Source of the DNA: Terriglobales bacterium
GTDB taxonomy: Bacteria; Acidobacteriota; Terriglobia; Terriglobales; Acidobacteriaceae
Assembly: GCA_049520915.1 (NCBI GenBank)
Contig: JBEKPH010000006.1
Location: 50,382 to 114,381 of the forward strand
Length of the DNA stretch: 64,000 bases
Reading direction: 5' to 3'
The translations under genes and the position numbers were made by a program. The notes under the pieces were generated by a model, which saw only the letters and a program-made list of their open reading frames with translations, ran no database searches and was not told the DNA's origin. Below are positions 20,547 through 28,153 of this stretch, one piece after another. Positions within the stretch are counted from its first letter, which is position 1, and every line of letters begins with the position of its first letter.

Positions 20547-21027
20547 GGGTCGTGCCCCCAGCCAGTTCGCGGTAGAGCCATGCTTTGGCGGTGCTCCAAT
20601 CGCGCATCACAGTGGCGGGCGAGACTTGGAGAACCTCGGCTGTCTCTTCTACGCTGAGTCCGCCGAAGAAGCGCATTTCCACGACCGGCACCTTGCGGGG
20701 ATCCAGTCGCGCCAGTTCAACCAGAATGCGCCTCATCAATCGGGCCGAAACTGCAACAAAGTGGGCGCGATTCTGCCACTTCACGCCCTTGTAGTCCGCC
20801 CGGCGCATGGAGGCCTCGTTGACCAACGCACTTGTTTGGAGGCTATGTCCGGGCCGCTCGCGTCTCATGCAGTGACGTGCGAGACGGTGGAGTTCGTCAT
20901 AGACGATGAGGGTCAGCGTGTCGCGCGCGCCGCGGTCTCCGTCACCCCAGGCGCGAAGCAGTCCGCTAACCTCGCCGATAGGTGGTTTCTGAGCCTGGTT
21001 ATCGCCCGGTAGCGTTGATTTCTCCAT
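20536..21027 (-). CDS. ECF sigma factor (TIGR02999/ECF43-like), with a 41-aa internal in-frame deletion relative to its paralogue at 62010..62624
   Basis: Start chosen at ATG 21027 ([11 protein letters not shown]), which aligns residue-for-residue with the paralogue. [13 protein letters not shown]...LVNEA...WQNRAHF...LMRRILVE|[47 protein letters not shown]. Confidence 0.8.
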   Translation of the reverse strand: MEKSTLPGDNQAQKPPIGEVSGLLRAWGDGDRGARDTLTLIVYDELHRLARHCMRRERPGHSLQTSALVNEASMRRADYKGVKWQNRAHFVAVSARLMRRILVELARLDPRKVPVVEMRFFGGLSVEETAEVLQVSPATVMRDWSTAKAWLYRELAGGTTHGL

Positions 21028-21087
21028 CGCGTCACGCCTCGGAATCTTAACCCATAACGGAGTGCTTTCAAGAAAAGTTAATTTCGC

Positions 21088-21118
21088 ATGATAGGTCTGA
21101 CCCACCGTTTGCGCCTAT
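21088..21118 (-). promoter_or_regulatory. Conserved 31-nt element upstream of the ECF sigma gene (copy 1; copy 2 at 62697..62727)
   Basis: Plus strand atgataggtctgacccaccgtttgcgcctat versus atgataggtccgcgccacagattgcgcctac: 25/31 identical by hand alignment, while the flanking leader sequence has diverged. It contains a TATCAT (-10-like) hexamer on the gene strand. Confidence 0.35.
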
Positions 21119-21175
21119 CTCGGTGAGTATATAGAAGCAACTCGCGAGGACTGGATATGAAATCGAGAGGCTGCA

Positions 21176-21222
21176 GAAATCTAAGTCAGGCTCCCGAACG
21201 GAGCACTTACCAAGGAGGATTT
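21176..21222 (+). promoter_or_regulatory. Conserved 5' leader element, copy A (hairpin CTCC-n-GAAC-GGAG + SD)
   Basis: gaaatctaagtcaggctcccgaacggagcacttaccaaggaggattt immediately precedes ATG 21223. 39/47 positions match copy B. Confidence 0.45.
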
Positions 21223-22038
21223 ATGAAAGAAACGTTTCTTGCGGCTCTAAGCAGTGCGACTCGCAACGCACTAATCGTGATTGCCGGATTCACCATGCTC
21301 ATGGCTTTGGCGTCCTCTGCCACGGCTCAGACAATGCACTTCGGGGTGCGCTGCCAGTCTACCTTCCAAAACGGGTGGTCCGTCACCATCGATGTATACA
21401 GCGCGTGTGACGACTTCATCTCTCAGACCACGCCCTACGACTACGTCGATTTTTACTATAACCTGCAAGGTGCACAACCGGCCTTTTACTTCGGGCAGGG
21501 GGCGGAAACCTGTAATTCCTGCGGCGGTGCCGACAGCGTCGACTTCTTCTTTATGGCGACGCACGGCGGCATCCAAAACCAAAACTCCGCGTTCTATACC
21601 ATGTGGGATTATCAGACATACGCATCAACACCCTCCATGCGCCTCGGCGATTCCGGGAAGCAACTCAAGGTGCTGGCCACTCTCTCATGTGACACCTTTA
21701 AGAACGACGACGGGCTGTTGTGGAACCGCTGGGGAAGCGCCTTTAGTGGAGGACTCAAAATCGGTGTAGGCGGACACGATCTGCTTTATACCAACAATGA
21801 CACCCAAGCCGCAACGGACTTTGGCTCATATCTGCATAATGCCGGCACTCCCATCGGCTGGGCCTGGCTAGACGCCCTCTATTACGCCCTCAACAACAAC
21901 CATCCCGCTGTTGCCAACACTGGCGCCTACTCGGCTGACTGCTGGAATCGGCAGGGTGTCACCCTGAACCAGGTGATGTCAGAGCCCATTCTGCGTGACG
22001 GCCAGAACGGCTATGTCTGCTGGTCGAATTGGAACTAG
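21223..22038 (+). CDS. Secreted hypothetical protein (271 aa) with a clan-CD-like His-Gly ... Cys arrangement
   Basis: ATG 21223 after AAGGAGG. Signal peptide MKETFLAALSSATRNALIVIAGFTMLMALASSATAQ. VDFFFMATHGG and LKVLATLSCDTF are strand-HG / strand-C motifs. Confidence 0.65.
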   Translation: MKETFLAALSSATRNALIVIAGFTMLMALASSATAQTMHFGVRCQSTFQNGWSVTIDVYSACDDFISQTTPYDYVDFYYNLQGAQPAFYFGQGAETCNSCGGADSVDFFFMATHGGIQNQNSAFYTMWDYQTYASTPSMRLGDSGKQLKVLATLSCDTFKNDDGLLWNRWGSAFSGGLKIGVGGHDLLYTNNDTQAATDFGSYLHNAGTPIGWAWLDALYYALNNNHPAVANTGAYSADCWNRQGVTLNQVMSEPILRDGQNGYVCWSNWN

Positions 22039-22105
22039 TGGTCGTTTTTCCGCAGGAAACGAACTTGTAATAAAAGCAATTCATTCCAATAACAAGGAGA
22101 ATGCA

Positions 22106-23137
22106 ATGAAAAACAAGAATTTTATTTTCTCGGCAAAGGCGGTGTTAGCAACCAGCATAATGATCACCGGGATCGCAGGCGCGGAAGAGCTTCCGCAAAC
22201 CAGAGCTCACGAGCAGTTCTCAGTGACGCAAGGATTCCGTGAACCTGTTGTGGCCGAACTGCATCGCGTAAGTGCAGCCGATCAAAGCAAAGTGAGTTCC
22301 GCTCTCATCGAGAAGCTGCGTCCGGGCAGCGCTTACCAGAGTGCCAAGCAGGGCAGCAAGCTGCACATCACCGGCAAAGAGTGGTCGCTGGACGTGACCG
22401 CCGACGGCTCAGGGGCCGAGTATCAGGATCACGCCGTGGGAGCCCGGGCACACTCGCTGGGTAAGCCCTTGCCGGAAAAGATGTCGGCGGCTGAACTTGA
22501 ACAGAAAGGCCGTGCTTTCGTTGCCGCCAACCTGGCTTCCCAGATCGTGCTCGGACTTAACGAAGAACTGATCTCGCTTCGCGCCGACTATCGTACCGAA
22601 GGGGGCCACGACCTCACCACCGGTGAGATCACTCATGCTGTGGTAGCCAGCCGCATCGTCTTCGGCCGCACTCTCCATGGAGTTCCGATCGTGGGCAACG
22701 GTTCCAAGGTCATCATTACTTTCACTAACGACGGTTCCCTGGAGTCGTTCCGCTACGATTGGCCGAAGTATCAGACGGCGGCGTCCCAGAAAGTCGTCGA
22801 TGCCGGTGAAATTCTCTCGCGCGTTCAGAAGGTCATTGGGGTTCGCAGCGGCGTCACCGCGCCCACGTCGGGCGTGACCGTGCCGAGCAGCGAAGACGAA
22901 GCTTACCCGGTCGCGCTGACGCCGAACACTCAGCTCCAATCGCTGGACTGCGGCTACTACGATGCCAGCTCCTTCGCTGAACACACTACTCAATCGATAC
23001 AGCCGGGATGCACGTATCTCACCGTTTCCCAGGATTCCACCGGAATGCGGGCGGGATATGCCGGTGCGGTGCCGGCGGGGGCTCAGTTCGAACAGGAATC
23101 AACGTGGTTGGAAACGCAGATCCTGAGTAAAAAATAA
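22106..23137 (+). CDS. Secreted hypothetical protein (343 aa)
   Basis: ATG 22106 after AAGGAG. Signal peptide MKNKNFIFSAKAVLATSIMITGIAGA. No recognisable domain. Confidence 0.6.
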   Translation: MKNKNFIFSAKAVLATSIMITGIAGAEELPQTRAHEQFSVTQGFREPVVAELHRVSAADQSKVSSALIEKLRPGSAYQSAKQGSKLHITGKEWSLDVTADGSGAEYQDHAVGARAHSLGKPLPEKMSAAELEQKGRAFVAANLASQIVLGLNEELISLRADYRTEGGHDLTTGEITHAVVASRIVFGRTLHGVPIVGNGSKVIITFTNDGSLESFRYDWPKYQTAASQKVVDAGEILSRVQKVIGVRSGVTAPTSGVTVPSSEDEAYPVALTPNTQLQSLDCGYYDASSFAEHTTQSIQPGCTYLTVSQDSTGMRAGYAGAVPAGAQFEQESTWLETQILSKK

Positions 23138-23207
23138 GAGCTATTAAAGTCGGCGTCAAGATGCGCCTGCAGGCGAACCTGCCGAGATGGGCTCAGCGTA
23201 AAAGATG

Positions 23208-23241
23208 AAAAGGGGAGCGCAACCGCTCCCCTTTTGTTTTT
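23208..23241 (+). terminator. Rho-independent terminator
   Basis: aggggagcg-caac-cgctcccct followed by tttgttttt, 70 nt after the stop at 23137. Confidence 0.6.
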
Positions 23242-23395
23242 CGCTAACGTATCGCCGGGATGCCACTTGCCGATTCCCCATTCCGGCTATGACCCCTTAG
23301 CCCGTCAAATCCCGCTACATCAAATGAGGGGCTTTCATGGTAACCGATTCCGATGCCCTTCAATACGGAATTGCAGGCGTTGCTTTACGCAGTGA

Positions 23396-23445
23396 GAAAT
23401 CAAACTCAGACTCCGGAACGGAGCATTTAGAAAAGGAGAATTATT
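23396..23445 (+). promoter_or_regulatory. Conserved 5' leader element, copy B
   Basis: gaaatcaaactcagactccggaacggagcatttagaaaaggagaattatt immediately precedes ATG 23446. See copy A. Confidence 0.45.
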
Positions 23446-24417
23446 ATGTAAAACCTCAGCATAACCCGAAACCTCCACAACCGCGTCCTGGCCGCTACTT
23501 TTCTATTCATCACCAGCGGGATAGTAAGCGCACAGGCAGGAAAGACCTACAGTCAACTCAAAGCAGAGCACCCCGGCTGGGCGCAGGCTCCGGGCGCGCT
23601 GGTCCGCCCCGATTGCCTGCACCAGGTCCCCAATGGCGCAAAAGTCAGCGAGTCGGCCCACGGCCGAGCCGGCGAAGATGTGACCTTGAATGGCCAACTC
23701 ATCGCCCACTTTGATCCCTGCCCGGAGAACTCCATTTCCACTCGTCACCTGGTGCAGGATCCCGGCACTGGTAATGGCTGGGCCGAAGCTGCGCAATGGG
23801 ATACGGCGCTGAAGTCGCCCGACAACATCGATTACTTGTATGGTTATTGGACTGTGCCGGCAGCTCCCAAGACCTCCGGCGCTTTGGTTTATTTCTTCAA
23901 CGGCGTTGAGCCCAATGGCGGAGGTTGGATCATCCAACCCGTGCTCCAGTACGGCGACAACGGCGCATTCGGCGGTGATTACTGGGTCTTCGCCAGCTGG
24001 CTCGTCCACAGCAACACGGACTATTTCGTTAGCTCGACGGTGTTGTCAGTAAACCCCGGCGACAAAGTTAACGGCTCCCTCTGGGAAACCAGCATTTCTG
24101 GCGGCACTCTGGGCTACGACATTGCTGCAACCGATAACACCACGAATCAAAGTTCCTTACTGTCTCTCACGGCTACGGGGTATCAGTGGATTTGGGCCTA
24201 TGCAGGCGTCCTCGAGGCATACAACGTGACTTCGTGCTCCGAGTTTCCGGGGGGCAGCAGCGGATCCCTGGAATTCACTAAAACCCATGTCTATCATGGA
24301 TACCCCGGCTTGGACCTCCTTACCCCGGATTTCTACAGCGCCGAATATAATTACGGAGGTCCGTCCTGCAACTTCAAAGTTGATGTTTCCGGAAGTTCTT
24401 CAACCCTGCACTTTTGA
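23446..24417 (+). pseudogene. Secreted G1 (eqolisin)-like / ConA-fold protein gene interrupted by TAA at codon 2
   Basis: AAAAGGAGAATTATT-ATG-TAA, then an in-frame NLSITRNLHNRVLAATFLFITSGIVSAQA signal peptide with no ATG/GTG/TTG until 23680 (the track ORF). The mature part aligns by eye with scytalidoglutamic-peptidase blocks (NGWAEA, YGYWTVPA, WIIQPVLQYG, AGVLEAY). Confidence 0.6.
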
Positions 24418-24503
24418 AGCGTTCGCTTGCCGGAAAAACCCGTTGGCGACTACGCGCGAAGTTGGCAGGCGAACCCAACTGAGCCGACTCCAGGCAACCG
24501 ACC

Positions 24504-24538
24504 AAGGGAACCGTCCAGCGGTTCCCTTTTCGTTTTTT
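24504..24538 (+). terminator. Rho-independent terminator
   Basis: aagggaaccg-tccag-cggttccctt followed by ttcgtttttt. Confidence 0.6.
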
Positions 24539-24687
24539 GACCGTTGTTCTTACTCCGTGTCCATGGGGCGTCGCCCCGCCAGAATCGTGACAGCAACCTG
24601 TACCGTATTGCGAATCAGAGTCATAGAGATCCTTTCAACCGATAGGAAGCGCAGCGCGACATTTCGCTGTACTAATCCGCGCACAAC

Positions 24688-26214
24688 TCACACGACGATT
24701 GACATGGGTTGGTGCGACACGGCGACTGCGGAAGCCACCTTTGAATGCTTGCGGGTCGTTTTGTTTTCGCGAGTGGAGCGTTGGCTGCAGATTCTCCAAA
24801 GGTACATAGCCGCGTAAGCGCGCCAAGGCCTCCAGGGTTCGGCGCGTAACTCCAGATCGCGAGAGTTTTCCAGATCCATGGCATGCAAGAGCCCGAGATC
24901 GCTAGTGGGAAATGCATCCGGTTCGCCGAGCGCGCGCATGGCCACGTATTGCGTCGTCCACTTTCCTATTCCCCCTATCTCAATGAGCCGGTTCAGAAGC
25001 GATTCGGAGCCGGCACCTCTCTCAAAGCGGATCTTGCCATTGCGAACCGCGCGAGCCAGAGCGTGAATGGTTTCGATTCGCTTGCCAGTCAGCCCAATTT
25101 CGCGGAGTGGTGCAGTGGCAAGAACTTCCGGTGTTGGAAAAATGTGAGTCAGACCGGCTACCCCACAGAAGGGTTTGCCAAAGCGGTTTGCCATGCGGCC
25201 CGCCATGGACGTTGCACCTTTAACCGTGATCTGTTGTCCGAGAATTGCCCGAACGGCAAGTTCGAATCCGTTCCAGCAGCCTGGTACCCGGATCCCGGGA
25301 TCACCTTCCACACTCGCGCGCAAGACGGGATCACCTCTAAGATGTTGCACGATCGCGGCCCAATCCGCGTTCAAATCGAACATCGAGCGGACGCGTTCCA
25401 CAATGAAAAACAGCGACTGAGGATCGCTGAAAGCAATCCGTAGAAGAAGGGCATCGCGTCCTTCCGCGGGGGCGACTTCGAAATATCCGTCGCGGCCATT
25501 CAAGGAGAAGGTCCGCCGATATTTGCCATCTTCCACAGCTTCGACGCCCGGTGTGGCCCGCGCTGCCAGAAAATCCAGCATGCCTTGCCAGTGGTACGGT
25601 GGACGAAAGTGAAGGCGAAAGAGGTAGTGATGGTCGGGTTGGACCTCCGTCCGTCGCGCCAGGCGCCGAATTTGAGTCGGCGTTCGGTGGTAGATCTTGC
25701 GAATACCGGCATTGAATCGCCGAACGCAGCCGAATCCCGAGGCTAGAGCGACCTGATTCATTGGCAGATTCGTTTCGTCGATGAGCTTCTTGGCGAAGTG
25801 CAGACGGCGAGTCTGAGCCACCGCGAATGGAGTCGCGCCAAGATGTTTCAGAAACAAGCGCCGCAGGTGTCGCGCTCCAACGCCCAAACGTTCCGCGAGA
25901 ACTTCTACTCCACCGTCCTCAAGACCACTCTCGCCGATCAAGCGCAACGCCCGCGAAACGGTATTTGAGGTACCCAGCCAGGCTGGAGTTCCGGGCGAAC
26001 TCTCGGGACGACATCGCAAACAGGGTCGAAACCCGGCTTCGGCGGCTGCAGCCGCACTCGGAAAATAGCGAACGTTCTTTTCCTTCGCGGTAGGTGCGGG
26101 ACAAATCGAACGACAATAGACACCGCTCCCGACGACGCCGATAAAGAACTTGCCGTCAAATCGGGGGTCGCGCGTCAATCGCGCCCGCGAGCAAACCTGG
26201 AAATCGAGATTCAT
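24688..26214 (-). CDS. Ada-type Zn-finger/AraC HTH regulator fused to AlkA-type DNA-3-methyladenine glycosylase II
   Basis: Start at ATG 26214 (MNLDFQVCSRAR). FDGKFFIGVVGSGVYCRSICPA...FRPCLRCRP is an Ada Zn-binding domain. It is followed by an AraC HTH and then AlkA_N + HhH-GPD (ILGQQITVKGA...GIGKWTTQYVAMRALGEPDAFPTSDLGL). Confidence 0.85.
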   Translation of the reverse strand: MNLDFQVCSRARLTRDPRFDGKFFIGVVGSGVYCRSICPAPTAKEKNVRYFPSAAAAAEAGFRPCLRCRPESSPGTPAWLGTSNTVSRALRLIGESGLEDGGVEVLAERLGVGARHLRRLFLKHLGATPFAVAQTRRLHFAKKLIDETNLPMNQVALASGFGCVRRFNAGIRKIYHRTPTQIRRLARRTEVQPDHHYLFRLHFRPPYHWQGMLDFLAARATPGVEAVEDGKYRRTFSLNGRDGYFEVAPAEGRDALLLRIAFSDPQSLFFIVERVRSMFDLNADWAAIVQHLRGDPVLRASVEGDPGIRVPGCWNGFELAVRAILGQQITVKGATSMAGRMANRFGKPFCGVAGLTHIFPTPEVLATAPLREIGLTGKRIETIHALARAVRNGKIRFERGAGSESLLNRLIEIGGIGKWTTQYVAMRALGEPDAFPTSDLGLLHAMDLENSRDLELRAEPWRPWRAYAAMYLWRICSQRSTRENKTTRKHSKVASAVAVSHQPMSIVV

Positions 26215-26528
26215 TTCTGGGTTCAGAATTCTTGAACTTACGCCGCACAGATCATAGCCCAGTCCGCCGAAGGTACTAGACGTTTTCGGACTGCTATCCA
26301 CAGTTCGTTTTCTCAGGCGAGTAGCCGGGTCCGCAAACGTCCAATTAGCGCGATTCAAGTCCGCAAGCGTCCATTCCCAAACCGTCGATTTCGCTATCGT
26401 TTGTGGAGTACGGCGGACATTTGCTGGTCGCAAGAAACTGCAGAGCGATTCGCCGACTTGTTGTTTCCACGGCGAGCTACGCCAGACTGACGAACGGTTC
26501 GCCGGCAAACATCGTCGTCTCTCTTTAT

Positions 26529-26813
26529 ATGTGTCCTTCCCGCGTGCGCCACTGCGTCGAGTGCCCCAAATGCCATACCCGATATCTGCCTGGCAGCACG
26601 CCGTATCGCAACGGGTCATACCTAATGCCGCTGGTCGAGGGACTTGCAAATGATTGGACGCTCTATTGTTCCTGCGGTAGACCTTATATTCCCAGCCGAT
26701 GCAACTGGAACGAGTTGAAGCGGTATGCGATTCAAGCGCGGGCGTATGAGCGCGGTTACGGTCCACCAGAGGAAATCGTTCCCATGAACGGCAGATCGCG
26801 GCTCCCGAAGTAG
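26529..26813 (+). CDS. Small Cys-rich (zinc-ribbon-like) hypothetical protein
   Basis: MCPSRVRHCVECPKCHTRY...LYCSCGRPYIPSRC (CxxCxxC ... CxC). Divergent from the ada-alkA gene. No family recognised. Confidence 0.35.
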   Translation: MCPSRVRHCVECPKCHTRYLPGSTPYRNGSYLMPLVEGLANDWTLYCSCGRPYIPSRCNWNELKRYAIQARAYERGYGPPEEIVPMNGRSRLPK

Positions 26814-27064
26814 GGTGCGACTTCAGGAGCCATCCATGGGCACTTTTTTTCGCAGATCCGACACCAAATGTATGCCGGCGACACGGCGCTCCATATCGCG
26901 GCAGCGGGTTTCAAATTCGAACTCACCCAATGCCTGATCGATCATGGCGCAAACTGTACTGCCAAAGACCGGCGCGGAGCGGAGCGGAACGTATTTGATA
27001 GAGACTCCTAGCACTATTCAATCATCTCCGCCGGGAGGCGCGGCTCCAATGTCCATTTTCTGCT

Positions 27065-27877
27065 TTGGTTTTCTCCTCGTCAGGGAATCACTTTGTACAC
27101 CGTGCCCATGTCGTTTGCTCCTCCCGCCAAGGTTGTGCCGTAAAGCGCATTCTTCACAATGATCACCCCGCCGTAAGGATGATATCCCTGGTGATGTTGG
27201 GCGAAGCTTTGGCTCACATGGGCGCGCGGGAAGAAGGTTCGAAGCTAATTGCGGAGAGTATTGGTTATTACGAAACCTTGGGGAAGGAAGTCAATGGCCT
27301 TAATGAGAGACGTGAGCTCATAATTTCCCAACAACAGGGGGCCGACATTCGATTGATGAACGGAGATGCCGCTGGAGCATTGGCTATTTATCAAAGAGCC
27401 CAGAGTGCATTGGAGGTCATGGCCAAACCTGATCCCGAAAATGCGATGCTGCGGATCGACTTGGCGAACATGAACTACTACCGGGGGAGGGCCCTCACGG
27501 TGTTAGGCCGAAACGGCGAGGCCAGTCGCTCTTTGCAGCGAGCGCTTGCGGACTTCGAAAAAACTCGCGACGCGGCAGAGGCTTCCGGCGAGTACCCGCG
27601 GGGACCGGCCGCAATTTACATTTGGCTGGGAGATCTCTCTGTCCACCAGTCCAATCTCTCTTTGGCGCTGCAGCATTTTCAACGCACGATTACATTGTTA
27701 GAATCACCGGCAAGGTGCCCTGGTCGACCGTATCAGACGGCTTGGCCGCAGTTATCGTACTCAAATCAGCCACACCCATCTTCATCACTAACGCGGGTGT
27801 GGCTGCGGGCGATCCCAGAGTTGTCGGAGTGTCGGGCCTCGGCGCAGCCAAGGAGAGGAGCGTATCGAGACGGTTAG
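27065..27877 (+). pseudogene. TPR-like repeat protein fragment (probable remnant)
   Basis: KRILHNDHPAVRMISLVMLGEAL, AGALAIYQRAQSALEVMAKPDPENAMLRIDLANMNYYRGRAL and SRSLQRALADFEK are TPR-type helices. There is no convincing start or signal, and the tail is low-complexity. Confidence 0.3.
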
Positions 27878-28153
27878 CCTGGATATCCCGGTGGGTCAGG
27901 GGATTGACCCCGAAGAAATCCTCGATTGTAACGGGTAGCCCGACCGCTTGCGCAGCCACTAGCCGAGGTCCACCACTTGGCGCGCGCGACTAGCCCGTTG
28001 CTGACCGCGAGGGCTCTCGCCTTACTTTCCGAACGAGAGTCAGCCGGTGCCGTCCCGCGTATTCGAAGGTTTCCCAAATTACGGAGATTGCACTTTAAAT
28101 CGGAGTTTCAGAAAGTTCAGTAAAAGACAGACCTCAGCCTCCGAGCGTCCCAC

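Noticed and set aside
21041-21077. Possible third, shorter copy of the conserved leader (ggaatcttaacccataacggagtgctttcaagaaaag) on the plus strand, antisense to the sigma-1 5' region.
   Set aside because: The similarity is limited to GAATCT.A, AACGGAG and a purine-rich tail. It lacks the 5' hairpin arm and has no credible downstream gene (only a 12-codon ORF). The GGAATC is also explained as the complement of GATTCC, which is shared by both sigma leaders. It cannot be separated from chance without a search.
23446-23451. ATG-TAA read as a deliberate start-stop mini-ORF regulatory element.
   Set aside because: The codons immediately following, in the same frame, encode a complete signal peptide that has no start codon of its own. 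A nonsense mutation (or base-call error) in codon 2 is the simpler explanation.
24550-24624. 24-codon ORF (MTLIRNTVQVAVTILAGRRPMDTE) with an AAAGGA upstream, just downstream of alkA.
   Set aside because: There is no supporting feature beyond a weak SD, and it lies in a convergent terminator region. ORFs of this length are expected by chance.
26215-26766. 184-codon N-terminal extension of the Ada-AlkA ORF (track ORF 24688..26766).
   Set aside because: The Ada Zn-finger domain begins right at ATG 26214 (MNLDFQVCSRARLTRDPRFDGKFF). The upstream 184 codons are Arg/Ser/Trp-rich with no motif, so this is most likely an open frame by chance.
27878-28153. Overlapping short ORFs on both strands (27622..27993+, 27690..27959-, 27874..28077-) downstream of the FHA gene.
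   Set aside because: None shows a recognisable motif, SD or signal. The region is left unannotated, possibly as further decayed sequence adjoining the TPR fragment.
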